Below are positions 1 to 8,988 of a stretch of DNA of 64,000 nucleotides, one piece after another (the stretch's first letter is position 1; every line of letters begins with the position of its first letter). This DNA is from an uncultured bacterium. GTDB taxonomy: Bacteria > Patescibacteriota > Minisyncoccia > Phycocordibacterales > PALSA-1337. Under the pieces are notes generated by a model. The model made no database searches and had not been told where the DNA came from. It saw only the letters and a program-made list of their open reading frames with translations. A program made the translations under genes and the position numbers. The stretch spans positions 31,829 to 95,828 of the forward strand of contig CAIMDG010000003.1 of NCBI GenBank assembly GCA_903839725.1, given 5' to 3'.

Positions 1-1512
1 ACTCTCTATGCAATTTTTGCAACAAAAGAAAGTAAGAAGTCCCGTATTATTTCCGGCTCTATTATTATTCTTATTATCCTTGCAGGAATTATATTCTGGC
101 AAAATCGTCCCGATCATTTCATCAAGAATAATCAGCCACTCAACAGTCTTGCTACATATATCCAAAATCACGAAGTCCTGAATCGACTCGCAACTATTTC
201 GTGGGAAGATAACAAGACTCAAGCCCGCGGGTATATCTGGCCGATGGCAATAAAGGGGGGAATGGAACGCCCACTCTTTGGTTGGGGTCAAGAAAATTTC
301 AACTATATCTTTAATGCAAACTATGAACCAAAGATGTGGTCACAGGAACAATGGTTTGATCGTGCTCACAGTGTGTTTATAGACTGGTTTGTCGCTTCCG
401 GACTTATTGGTTTGATCGCATATCTTGCATTGTATGTTCTTTTCATTGTTGCTGTATGGCGTTCAAAGATAACAGTTGCTGAGAAAAGTGTATTGACTGG
501 TTTGATTGTGGGGTATGCAGTGCACAACGTATTCGTGTTTGATAACATTGCGAGTTATGTGATGTTCTTTATTATGTTGTCGTGTGCCCATGCTTTGAAT
601 GTTGGTACACCTATCAAATTCCTTGGCACCAAAGAAGTTGGTAATGATGCCGCTGAATATATAGTCGCACCAGTGGCAATCATTGCATTGGTCGTAGTTG
701 TATATTTCTTCGTGCTTCGTCCAGCCCAAGCTAACACTGCACTGATTGCCGCATTACAGTCATGTGGTAGTGATAAACCTGACGTCACGTTGTTCCAAAA
801 TGTATTTGAACTCAATCAGTACACAGCAAACCAAGAATCTCGTGAGCAGCTTATAAATTGTGCAGGACAAATTGTTGCGAAGCAGCAAATTCCTGGTCCT
901 ACTAAACAAGCATTTTCTCAGTTGGCTATGAAGGAGATTCAGGCTCAAATAACTGCAACTCCGCAAGATGCACGTATATATGTCCTTGCAGGAGGAATGT
1001 TGGATAGTATTGGACAGACACAAGAGGCTCAAGTCATATTGGAAAACGCCCATAGACTTACTCCACGTAAACAAGGTGTCATGTTTGAGCTTGCAAATAA
1101 TTATGTTAACAGTGGAAAAACTAATGAAGCAGTTGCATTACTCAAGCAAGCATATGAGCTTGATCCAACGTATCCAGAAGCTCAGGTAGTATATGCCACA
1201 GTCTTAATCATTGCAGGTAAGGAAGATGAGGCGCGTACATTGTTCAAGAGTGATCCTGCTATGTTTGAGACTGTTCGTATGGCGCAAATATACACGTCTG
1301 TCAAAAAATATGACAAGGCTATAGCGATTTATACCAAATTTGTTGCTGCAAGTTCGACTGATGTACAAGCCAAGGTTCAGCTTGCCCAAGTCCAGTTTGC
1401 TGCAGGAATGAAATGGGCAGCCACACAGACTCTCGGTGCTATTATCAAGGATCATCCAGAATTGAAAGATCAGGTTGATGCTGCGATAAAACAGATACAA
1501 TCATCGAAATAG
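1..1512 (+). CDS. O-antigen ligase (Wzy_C)-family polytopic membrane protein with C-terminal TPR repeats; 5' end lies outside the window (frame 1 is open from nt 1)
   Basis: Motif RGYIWPMAIKGGMERPLFGWGQENF matches the Wzy_C/WaaL/PglL loop signature. Several TM helices precede it and multiple TPR-like repeats (AxxxYxxA periodicity) fill the C-terminal ~250 aa. No stop in frame 1 between nt 1 and 244. Confidence 0.6.
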   Translation, partial: TLYAIFATKESKKSRIISGSIIILIILAGIIFWQNRPDHFIKNNQPLNSLATYIQNHEVLNRLATISWEDNKTQARGYIWPMAIKGGMERPLFGWGQENFNYIFNANYEPKMWSQEQWFDRAHSVFIDWFVASGLIGLIAYLALYVLFIVAVWRSKITVAEKSVLTGLIVGYAVHNVFVFDNIASYVMFFIMLSCAHALNVGTPIKFLGTKEVGNDAAEYIVAPVAIIALVVVVYFFVLRPAQANTALIAALQSCGSDKPDVTLFQNVFELNQYTANQESREQLINCAGQIVAKQQIPGPTKQAFSQLAMKEIQAQITATPQDARIYVLAGGMLDSIGQTQEAQVILENAHRLTPRKQGVMFELANNYVNSGKTNEAVALLKQAYELDPTYPEAQVVYATVLIIAGKEDEARTLFKSDPAMFETVRMAQIYTSVKKYDKAIAIYTKFVAASSTDVQAKVQLAQVQFAAGMKWAATQTLGAIIKDHPELKDQVDAAIKQIQSSK

Positions 1513-1525
1513 GGAATTAGATTAG

Positions 1526-1567
1526 GCGCAACAAAAAACTCAACTGATGTTGAGTTTTTTGTTGCGC
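1526..1567. terminator. Bidirectional rho-independent terminator (19-bp perfect stem, loop TGATG, A-run/T-run flanks)
   Basis: GCGCAACAAAAAACTCAAC-TGATG-GTTGAGTTTTTTGTTGCGC lies directly after the stop at 1512. Confidence 0.6.
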
Positions 1568-1729
1568 ATGTGATAAACACATGTTACGCCGACTGATGGC
1601 GAGCGAGTGTGAGCTCCAAATAAAAATGTTTAAATTTTATGAGTACATTCGCCCGCCGTCACTTGGAGCAATCTGGTGTAATTATAACGTGTAAGGTATT
1701 CAGAAAACAAGACGCACAAGATACGTGTT

Positions 1730-1839
1730 GAGATGCATTATCACCCAATAGGGTTTTCTTCCGTCGCCTGCGGGCGCTGATCGCTGGCTACCCATCCTCG
1801 GCGCACTTTAGAAAACCCTATTGGGTGATAATGCATCTC
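1730..1839. repeat. Long palindromic element: 29-bp perfect inverted arms (GAGATGCATTATCACCCAATAGGGTTTTC) around a GC-rich 52-nt core
   Basis: Read directly: arm 1730-1758 is the exact reverse complement of 1811-1839. The core 1759-1810 is ~65% GC against a ~38% GC background. Confidence 0.7.
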
Positions 1840-2054
1840 CTCGTACTTAACCATATTCATCCCCATCTTATTTTCTGAAAGTGACGCACGCCCCATCACG
1901 CAAAAGGCCGCCGAGGGCGGCACTTTGCGAAACATTTATTTTGGAGAGTGCCCACACGGGTACTCATGACAATATTATACCACATTAGGTTGTGATTACA
2001 ACACACATATTCACAGTTCTTGGTTCTTTGCGTGATTATTGCTAGAGTTAAGCT

Positions 2055-3068
2055 ATGTCGATTCAAGAACATATTTCTTTGGCCCAATACACTACTTTCA
2101 AAATAGGTGGTAAAGCTCGATTTTTTTGTTCTGTACACTCTGAAGATGAGCTTGTTGAAGCTGTTCGTTTTGCTCAAGAAAAGTCATTACGTATATTGGT
2201 TATAGGTGGAGGATCAAATATGCTCATATCTGATAAAGGATTTGATGGTTTGGTTATCAGGATGAATATAAAGGGAATCGTCTCAAGTGGAGAACAGTTA
2301 ACTATAGGAGCAGGTGAAGTGTGGGATGATCTAGTCGCGTACACCGTTGATGCTGGCATATATGGATTTGAAAATCTTTCAGCGATTCCTGGAACTGTTG
2401 GTGCGGCACCTGTACAAAATATCGGTGCATATGGCGTCGAAACATCCCGACTCATAGTCTCAGTTCGTGCACTCGATACTCAGACTTTGAAATGTGTTGA
2501 ATTGTCGAATAGTGAATGTACGTTCGGGTATCGTGATAGTTTGTTCAAACATCAAAAGGGGCGTTATATCATTACGAGTGTTACATTTTTTGCCTATAAA
2601 GTTGGTCAGGTACATATTGAATATAAAGATTTGAAAGAGTATTTTAAAAAAGAAATTGAACATAAAGTCACACTCAGTGTGTCTCAGGTTCGTAATGCAG
2701 TAATTTCTATTCGTGCTGCAAAATTGCCTGATTGGAAACAGTGGGGGACTGCGGGTTCATTTTTTAAGAATCCAATTGTTTCTCAAAAAAAGTTTGAAGA
2801 TTTGAAAAAGACGTATCCTGATTTACCTCATTTTGTTGAGCCAGATAATAACGTCAAAATTCCACTAGGTTGGATATTAGATAAAATATGTAACATGAAA
2901 GGTCTGAAACATGGTCGCGTCCGAGTATACGAAAAACAGGCATTAGTCCTCGTAAGTGAGCCAGGTGCAACTGCGGACGAAGTTACAAGTCTCGCACGTA
3001 TACTTATGGATTGTGTTAAAGAAAAAACTGGTATTGAGATTGAGGGTGAAGTGGAATGGGTTAATTAG
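2055..3068 (+). CDS. murB: UDP-N-acetylenolpyruvoylglucosamine reductase
   Basis: FAD-binding N-terminus (KIGGKARFF...LVIGGGSNML), a MurB C-terminal domain, 337 aa. Confidence 0.85.
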   Translation: MSIQEHISLAQYTTFKIGGKARFFCSVHSEDELVEAVRFAQEKSLRILVIGGGSNMLISDKGFDGLVIRMNIKGIVSSGEQLTIGAGEVWDDLVAYTVDAGIYGFENLSAIPGTVGAAPVQNIGAYGVETSRLIVSVRALDTQTLKCVELSNSECTFGYRDSLFKHQKGRYIITSVTFFAYKVGQVHIEYKDLKEYFKKEIEHKVTLSVSQVRNAVISIRAAKLPDWKQWGTAGSFFKNPIVSQKKFEDLKKTYPDLPHFVEPDNNVKIPLGWILDKICNMKGLKHGRVRVYEKQALVLVSEPGATADEVTSLARILMDCVKEKTGIEIEGEVEWVN

Positions 3069-3096
3069 TAAATATGTGATATAGTAGGCCGTACAT

Positions 3097-5688
3097 ATGG
3101 CATTTTTAGATATATTAAAGGGGGGTTCACATACCCAGAATGTAAAGAAATTCCAGCCATTGGTTGGCAAAATTAATGCACTTGAATCAGGTATTAAGGC
3201 TCTTTCTGATATAGAATTAAAGGCAAAAACAGCTGAATTCAAGCAACGACTCGCGAATAAAGAGACTATCAATGATCTTTTACCAGAGGCATTTGCTGTT
3301 GTTCGTGAAGCTTCTAAAAGAACACTAGGACAAAGACATTTTGATGTACAACTTATCGGAGGTATGGTTTTGAATGCTGGAGGTATTGCTGAAATGAGAA
3401 CAGGTGAAGGTAAAACATTGGTTGCAACACTTCCTGCATATTTGAATGCACTTTCTGGTAAAGGTGTTCACGTTGTCACAGTTAACGATTACCTCTCGAG
3501 ACGTGATGCGGTATGGATGGGTCAGATATATGATTTCCTCGGACTTTCAGTTGGTGTAATCGGTAGCGAATCAAGTTTCTTATATGATCCTAAACACAAG
3601 TCTGATGTCACCCCGTCGAAGGACGGGGTCCAGAAGAAAGAACAGGATACATCGTCCGTGACTCTGGATTCCGGCCTCCGCCGGAATGACAAGCAAGAGA
3701 GTGGTTCCGACCCTCTCGACAAAGAACGCGATCAACTTGGTTCATTCAAAGTTGTTCATGAATTCCTACGTCCTGTTCCAAGAAGTGAATCATACAGAGC
3801 TGATATTACCTATGGAACAAATAATGAATTTGGTTTTGATTATCTCCGTGACAACCTTGAATACAGTCCTGATCGTTTGCGTCAACGTGAGCCAAATTAT
3901 GCAATAGTCGACGAAATCGATTCTATTTTGATTGATGAAGCACGTACACCACTTATTATTTCTGCACCAACTCGTAATGCTGAGAATATATACAAACAGT
4001 TTGCTTCTTTGGTTACCGCATTCAAGAAAGATGAGGATTATACAGTTGATGAAAAACACAAATCTATTTCTCTGACTGCAGACGGTATTACCAAGGCTGA
4101 GAAAGAGCTCAATATAGAAAATATCTATACAGACAAAGGCATCAAGTATGTGCACCATTTGGAGACTGCAATCAAAGCTCGTGCCATATATACCAAAGAC
4201 AAAGAATACGTCGTTAAAAATAATGAAATTGTTATTGTTGATGAATTCACCGGACGCCTCCAGCCTGGCCGTCGTTGGTCAGATGGTTTGCACCAAGCAA
4301 TTGAGGCCAAAGAAGGTGTGAATATTCAACAAGAATCACGCACATACGCATCTATTACATTCCAGAACTTTTTTCGTATGTATCCCAAGATGGGAGGTAT
4401 GACTGGTACCGCATCAACGTCAGCTGAAGAGTTTTATAAAGTGTATGGTCTCGAAGTTTATATTGTCCCTACAAATAAATCTGCAGTTCGTATTGATTCC
4501 AATGATCAGATTTTCCGTACGGAAATGGGTAAATTCAAGGCATTGGCGCGTAAGGTCAAAGAATTACACGCAAAAGGTCAACCAGTATTGATTGGTACAG
4601 TTTCTATTGAAAGAAATGAAGTGTTGTCAGCATTTTTGAAAGCTGAGGGCATTCCTCATGAAATTTTGAATGCCAAGAATCATGAACGTGAAGGAGAGAT
4701 TATTGCTCAGGCGGGCAAGAAGGGGGCAGTTACTATTGCTACCAACATGGCAGGACGTGGAGTGGATATCAAACTTGGAGGTAACCCAAACACTCCAGAA
4801 TCTGCTGAAGAGATCAAGAAAGCAGGAGGTTTGTTTGTGATGGGTACTGAACGTCATGAAGCGCGTCGTATCGACAATCAACTTCGTGGTCGTTCGGGTC
4901 GCCAAGGTGATCCAGGCGAGACCCAATTCTTCGTATCACTGGAAGATTCTCTTATGCGTGTATTTGCTTCAGATATGTTGAAGTCTATGATTGGCAAGCT
5001 TGGTATGGCTGAAGACGAAGCAATCGAACATAAACTTATTTCACGTTCTATTGAGAGTGCTCAACAAAAGATCGAAGGATTCAACTTTGATGCCCGTAAG
5101 CATGTCCTTGAATTTGATGACGTTATCAATCATCAACGTTCTTCAGTGTACAAGAATCGCCGTATGCTTCTCCTTGGTTCACTCGAACAAGTTGAAAATT
5201 ATTTACGTGAAATACTCACTGGGGATACTGATGCACTCGCCATGGTTGAAAAGAAAATTGCTGAACATGGTCGTGAAGCTTTCATTTCAGCTGTTCGCAT
5301 TATTTTGCTTCAAGCTATTGATATGTTTTGGGTTGAACACCTCGAGGTTATGGATTATACCCGCTCAAGTGTTAATCTCCGCGCCTACGGTCAACGAGAT
5401 CCATTGGTTGAATACAAGAAAGAAGGCCTTCGTCTATTCAAGGAAATGCAGTTCGCTATGAAGGAGCAAGTTGTTCGCATGATTCCTCATGTGGTACCTA
5501 CCAATAATGGTAAGCCTGTTCAAGCCCCTGAAGAAATGAAAGAAATTCAAACAAATGCACAAGAAATTTCAGGTGGTGATGGTTCAGCAACTCCTACAAA
5601 AAAGAAAGAAGGTGAAGTCGGCAGGAATGATCTCTGTCCTTGTGGAAGCGGTAAAAAGTACAAGAAGTGTCACGGAGCGGGGAAGTAG
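3097..5688 (+). CDS. secA: Preprotein translocase ATPase SecA, with an unusual ~65-aa insertion in NBD1
   Basis: DEAD-like motor motifs (MRTGEGKTLVATLPAYLNAL, ADITYGTNNEFGFDYLRDN, VDEIDSILIDEARTPLIIS) and a C-terminal zinc finger CPCGSGKKYKKCHG. Confidence 0.95.
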   Translation: MAFLDILKGGSHTQNVKKFQPLVGKINALESGIKALSDIELKAKTAEFKQRLANKETINDLLPEAFAVVREASKRTLGQRHFDVQLIGGMVLNAGGIAEMRTGEGKTLVATLPAYLNALSGKGVHVVTVNDYLSRRDAVWMGQIYDFLGLSVGVIGSESSFLYDPKHKSDVTPSKDGVQKKEQDTSSVTLDSGLRRNDKQESGSDPLDKERDQLGSFKVVHEFLRPVPRSESYRADITYGTNNEFGFDYLRDNLEYSPDRLRQREPNYAIVDEIDSILIDEARTPLIISAPTRNAENIYKQFASLVTAFKKDEDYTVDEKHKSISLTADGITKAEKELNIENIYTDKGIKYVHHLETAIKARAIYTKDKEYVVKNNEIVIVDEFTGRLQPGRRWSDGLHQAIEAKEGVNIQQESRTYASITFQNFFRMYPKMGGMTGTASTSAEEFYKVYGLEVYIVPTNKSAVRIDSNDQIFRTEMGKFKALARKVKELHAKGQPVLIGTVSIERNEVLSAFLKAEGIPHEILNAKNHEREGEIIAQAGKKGAVTIATNMAGRGVDIKLGGNPNTPESAEEIKKAGGLFVMGTERHEARRIDNQLRGRSGRQGDPGETQFFVSLEDSLMRVFASDMLKSMIGKLGMAEDEAIEHKLISRSIESAQQKIEGFNFDARKHVLEFDDVINHQRSSVYKNRRMLLLGSLEQVENYLREILTGDTDALAMVEKKIAEHGREAFISAVRIILLQAIDMFWVEHLEVMDYTRSSVNLRAYGQRDPLVEYKKEGLRLFKEMQFAMKEQVVRMIPHVVPTNNGKPVQAPEEMKEIQTNAQEISGGDGSATPTKKKEGEVGRNDLCPCGSGKKYKKCHGAGK
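3565..3790 (+). other. In-frame insertion in secA relative to canonical SecA (between LGLSVGV and YRADITYGTNNEF); its core 3606-3722 is GC-rich and forms two 8-bp GC hairpins
   Basis: ACCCCGTC-GAAG-GACGGGGT (3610-3629) and ATTCCGGC-CTCC-GCCGGAAT (3668-3687). E. coli and B. subtilis SecA have only ~11 aa at this position (recalled from memory). Confidence 0.55.
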
Positions 5689-5689
5689 T

Positions 5690-6013
5690 ATGAAAACACT
5701 CAAATTTTCAACAGAATTAGTACCACTCATCCTTTCAGGAGAAAAGACTTCAACGTGGCGTTTGTTTGATGATAAAGATTTGCGAACTGGAGATATTATA
5801 AGTTTGTTGAATAGTGTGACGAAGAAAGAATTTGCAAAGGCACAGATTCTAGCTATTAAAGAAAAAACACTAGGGCAAATTGGTGATGAAGATTTCGTGG
5901 GGCATGAACGATTTGAGAGTAAAGAAAAAATGTTTGATGTATATAAGTCATATTATGGTAATTCTGTGAATAGGGATACAATTGTTAAGATTGTAGATTT
6001 TAAGCTTAACTAA
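5690..6013 (+). CDS. ASCH (PUA-like) domain protein
   Basis: Small beta-barrel-type sequence (LILSGEKTSTWRL...GDII) typical of the ASCH family. The ATG at 5690 is 1 nt after the secA stop and in-frame with the track ORF that starts at 5555 and overlaps secA. Confidence 0.55.
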   Translation: MKTLKFSTELVPLILSGEKTSTWRLFDDKDLRTGDIISLLNSVTKKEFAKAQILAIKEKTLGQIGDEDFVGHERFESKEKMFDVYKSYYGNSVNRDTIVKIVDFKLN

Positions 6014-6017
6014 ATGT

Positions 6018-6572
6018 ATGGCAGAAAAAATACCTCCACCAATTTCATACGAATCATATATTCAAGAAATACAGCAGATGTGTGCTGAAGATCAGGCGAT
6101 GCGTACTCGAGCTTTAGAAAATGACATGATAATTGAATCAGAAGAAGATAATACTCTTGATGCTCGAAACACAAAGAGAATGAAAGAAATTGTTGCTGAA
6201 ATTGGGTGGCCAACTATTTCAAAGGTGGGAAAAGATATTTCAAATGATGCGTGGTTATTGGTTCAACATGCGGATCATGATCTTGCATTTCAAAAACAGT
6301 GTTTGGAAATGATGAAGCAACAGCCTAAAGTAGATGTTGATAGTAGTAATATTGCATATCTCGAAGATCGTATTCGTGTACATGAAGGCAGGCCTCAATT
6401 ATATGGAACTCAATTTTTCAGTGAAAAGATGGGTGACCCAATGATTCCTAGACCAATTGAAGACCCAAATAATCTGGACGCGAGAAGAAAAGCGGCGGGA
6501 CTTGAGCCTTTTAGTGAGTATGAGAAACATTACAAGGATAAGTATAAAAAATATGATAAACCAAAAGCCTAA
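6018..6572 (+). CDS. Hypothetical protein
   Basis: 184-aa ORF tightly packed between the ASCH and NUDIX genes. I recognise no motif. Confidence 0.45.
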   Translation: MAEKIPPPISYESYIQEIQQMCAEDQAMRTRALENDMIIESEEDNTLDARNTKRMKEIVAEIGWPTISKVGKDISNDAWLLVQHADHDLAFQKQCLEMMKQQPKVDVDSSNIAYLEDRIRVHEGRPQLYGTQFFSEKMGDPMIPRPIEDPNNLDARRKAAGLEPFSEYEKHYKDKYKKYDKPKA

Positions 6573-7050
6573 AAAAATCCTTACTCTCTGTCTGATCGTT
6601 AAAGATACTCGTATCCTCCTCGGTATGAAGAAACGTGGTTTTGGTGAAGGCCGCTGGAATGGTTTCGGTGGGAAACTTGAGCAAGGGGAAACCATCGATG
6701 CTGCCGCACGCAGGGAAGTACAAGAAGAGTCAGGTATTACGGTTACAACCATGAATGAAGTTGGTGTACTCGATTTCGAATTTCAAAGTGATCCGACAAA
6801 GCTTATGGAAGTTCATGTGTTTAAAGTCACTGAATTCAGTGGTGAGGCAATAGAGACCGAAGAAATGAAACCTCAGTGGTTCGAAAAGAATGAGATACCT
6901 TACTCACAGATGTGGTCAGATGATGAACATTGGTTGCCATTATTGCTCGCAGGTAAAAAATTCAAAGGTACTTTTCTGTTCGATAGACCGTCAGATGCAA
7001 CATATTCGGCCAAGATTATCAGTAAGAATTTAGTTGAAGTACAAAAATGA
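6553..7050 (+). CDS. NUDIX hydrolase (MutT-like)
   Basis: Nudix box GKLEQGETIDAAARREVQEESG. The start is chosen at MINQKPKK, which overlaps the stop of the upstream ORF by 20 nt. Confidence 0.8.
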   Translation: MINQKPKKILTLCLIVKDTRILLGMKKRGFGEGRWNGFGGKLEQGETIDAAARREVQEESGITVTTMNEVGVLDFEFQSDPTKLMEVHVFKVTEFSGEAIETEEMKPQWFEKNEIPYSQMWSDDEHWLPLLLAGKKFKGTFLFDRPSDATYSAKIISKNLVEVQK

Positions 7051-7919
7051 TTGAATCATCACCTTCAGCACAAGATCCACAAGCACTTGATATTGAGTCA
7101 CAGGCAAATTTTGAAGGTAATGATAGTGTGCTTTTGATTGAAAGGGTGAATAATCCTGTGATCAAAGCTCAGATAGTTGATCTTTTATACCGTAAAGAAT
7201 TACTTGAAGCTGAACGTATAAAAAAGCTGGTATTCACTCCATTTTCAACGCCAGAACTGAAACATCTAACATGCTTCAAAGACCAACATGGCGTTGTGTA
7301 TACTTCAAGAAATCCAAATTATAATCCAACAAATTACATCCTCACCACTCGGGAGGAAATTGAAAATGAATTAGCTGAATCACTCAAACGGATTACCTCT
7401 GAGACACAGATTAGTTTTACTTCGGAAGAACCGACAGAAAATTTTGTTCCAATCAATTGGACGATTCCTTGGACTTCAGAAAAACCGACACCAAAACAAA
7501 TGAGTATAATTGAAGCTCATGAGAAGGGGCATTCTATACGACCATATGCAGCTTTATGGGATCATTTTTCAAAAGGATTTGACCCATCAAATATTTCATA
7601 CACTCGAAAAGATTTTGAAGTAGATGGTTTGATTAGAAATAATTCAGATCATGATACGAATGTGAGCATCGAGAAGATGAAAGCTGATGTAATAGAGTAT
7701 CTTTTTTCTGGACCAGAAATTGCTGAAAGAATGGCTCAATTGAAAAATTATTTTGGCATGAATGGGTCGGAACAGTTTACAAAAGGGCATCTCGACTATG
7801 CACGCACGCATTATGTCACTGATACTGGAATGGACAATCGTATGACACACTTTTTTCAGGCAATAACACCAGAAACCGAAGCGGCATTTCTTGAACTCAT
7901 CAATTCTTCGGGAATATAG
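7047..7919 (+). CDS. Hypothetical protein with an HExxH (HEKGH) motif; possible zincin-like metallopeptidase
   Basis: 290-aa ORF whose start overlaps the NUDIX stop. Contains EAHEKGHS. Confidence 0.45.
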   Translation: MIESSPSAQDPQALDIESQANFEGNDSVLLIERVNNPVIKAQIVDLLYRKELLEAERIKKLVFTPFSTPELKHLTCFKDQHGVVYTSRNPNYNPTNYILTTREEIENELAESLKRITSETQISFTSEEPTENFVPINWTIPWTSEKPTPKQMSIIEAHEKGHSIRPYAALWDHFSKGFDPSNISYTRKDFEVDGLIRNNSDHDTNVSIEKMKADVIEYLFSGPEIAERMAQLKNYFGMNGSEQFTKGHLDYARTHYVTDTGMDNRMTHFFQAITPETEAAFLELINSSGI

Positions 7920-7962
7920 AAATAAGGCCACAATTCTATAGAAATTAGATAAAAAACCAAAA

Positions 7963-8952
7963 GTGCGCTATGGTATAGCCATTATGGCTTTCGTAGACGA
8001 ATTACAATTCCATGCAAAGGCAGGCAACGGCGGTGGCGGCGTTGTACGTTGGTTGCATGAGAAATTCAAAGAATATGGTGGTGCTGCTGGTGGAAACGGC
8101 GGTGCTGGTGGAGATGTGTATGTTCGTGCGGTTCGCGACATCAATATTCTTGCACGTCACAAAGCAAAGAAAGAATTCGTTGCCGGCAATGGTGACGCTG
8201 GTCAAAATCGTAGTCGACAAGGTAAAGCAGGGGATGATCTCTACATCGATCTTCCTATTGGTTCTATCATCACCAACCATGCTACAGGTCGTGTCGTTGA
8301 ACTTGTCGAAGATGCGCAGATCTCAAAGATTCTTCATGGAGGACATGGTGGACTCGGTAATGAATATTTCAAGGCATCTACTAACATTCGTCCTGAACAA
8401 TCAACCCCTGGTGCAGAAGGTGAAGAAGCTGATTTCACGGTTGAGATCAACCTTATTGCTGATGCAGGACTTATCGGTCTTCCGAATGCCGGCAAATCAA
8501 GTCTCTTGAATGTACTCACCAATGCTCGTGCAAAGGTTGGTAGTTATGCCTTCACCACACTCGATCCGAACCTTGGAGCAATTCACGGTTTCATTCTTGC
8601 CGACATTCCTGGTCTTATCGAAGGAGCTTCAGAAGGTAAGGGTCTTGGTCATAAATTCTTGAAGCACGTGAAGCGTACCAAGATGCTCCTGCACCTGATC
8701 TCTCTTGAAAATGAAGACGTGGTTGCCACGTATAAGACTATTCGTGAAGAGCTCAAGAAATATGATGAGACTTTGGCTGAAAAAGATGAGATGGTTATTC
8801 TCACCAAGACTGACATGGTAGACAAGAAGGTGTTGGCTAAGGCAAAAAAAGATCTCAAGCCATTCTGTAAAAAAATACTTTCAGTTACTATTCTCGATGA
8901 TGATTCGGTCAAGAAGCTATCAGAGGAGATCACAAAAAAGCTCCAGAAGTAA
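7963..8952 (+). CDS. obg: GTPase Obg
   Basis: Gly-rich Obg fold (GNGGGGVVRW, GNGGAGGDVYV) and a G domain (GLPNAGKSSLL, DIPGLIEGA, TKTD). Confidence 0.9.
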   Translation: MRYGIAIMAFVDELQFHAKAGNGGGGVVRWLHEKFKEYGGAAGGNGGAGGDVYVRAVRDINILARHKAKKEFVAGNGDAGQNRSRQGKAGDDLYIDLPIGSIITNHATGRVVELVEDAQISKILHGGHGGLGNEYFKASTNIRPEQSTPGAEGEEADFTVEINLIADAGLIGLPNAGKSSLLNVLTNARAKVGSYAFTTLDPNLGAIHGFILADIPGLIEGASEGKGLGHKFLKHVKRTKMLLHLISLENEDVVATYKTIREELKKYDETLAEKDEMVILTKTDMVDKKVLAKAKKDLKPFCKKILSVTILDDDSVKKLSEEITKKLQK

Positions 8953-8988
8953 TTTGCGTCTTTATACTCAAAACGGTACTATTGTTGC

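Noticed and set aside
3097-5688. An intein or self-splicing element as the explanation for the secA insertion.
   Set aside because: The insertion is only ~65 aa with no intein splicing motifs (no Cys/Ser at +1, no His-Asn terminus). It is better explained as an in-frame palindromic DNA element or a lineage-specific loop.
5555-6013. Track ORF start at 5555 for the ASCH protein, which overlaps the secA 3' end by 134 nt.
   Set aside because: The in-frame ATG at 5690, one nt after the secA stop, gives a compact ASCH protein beginning MKTLKF. The upstream extension translates the secA C-terminal region in another frame.
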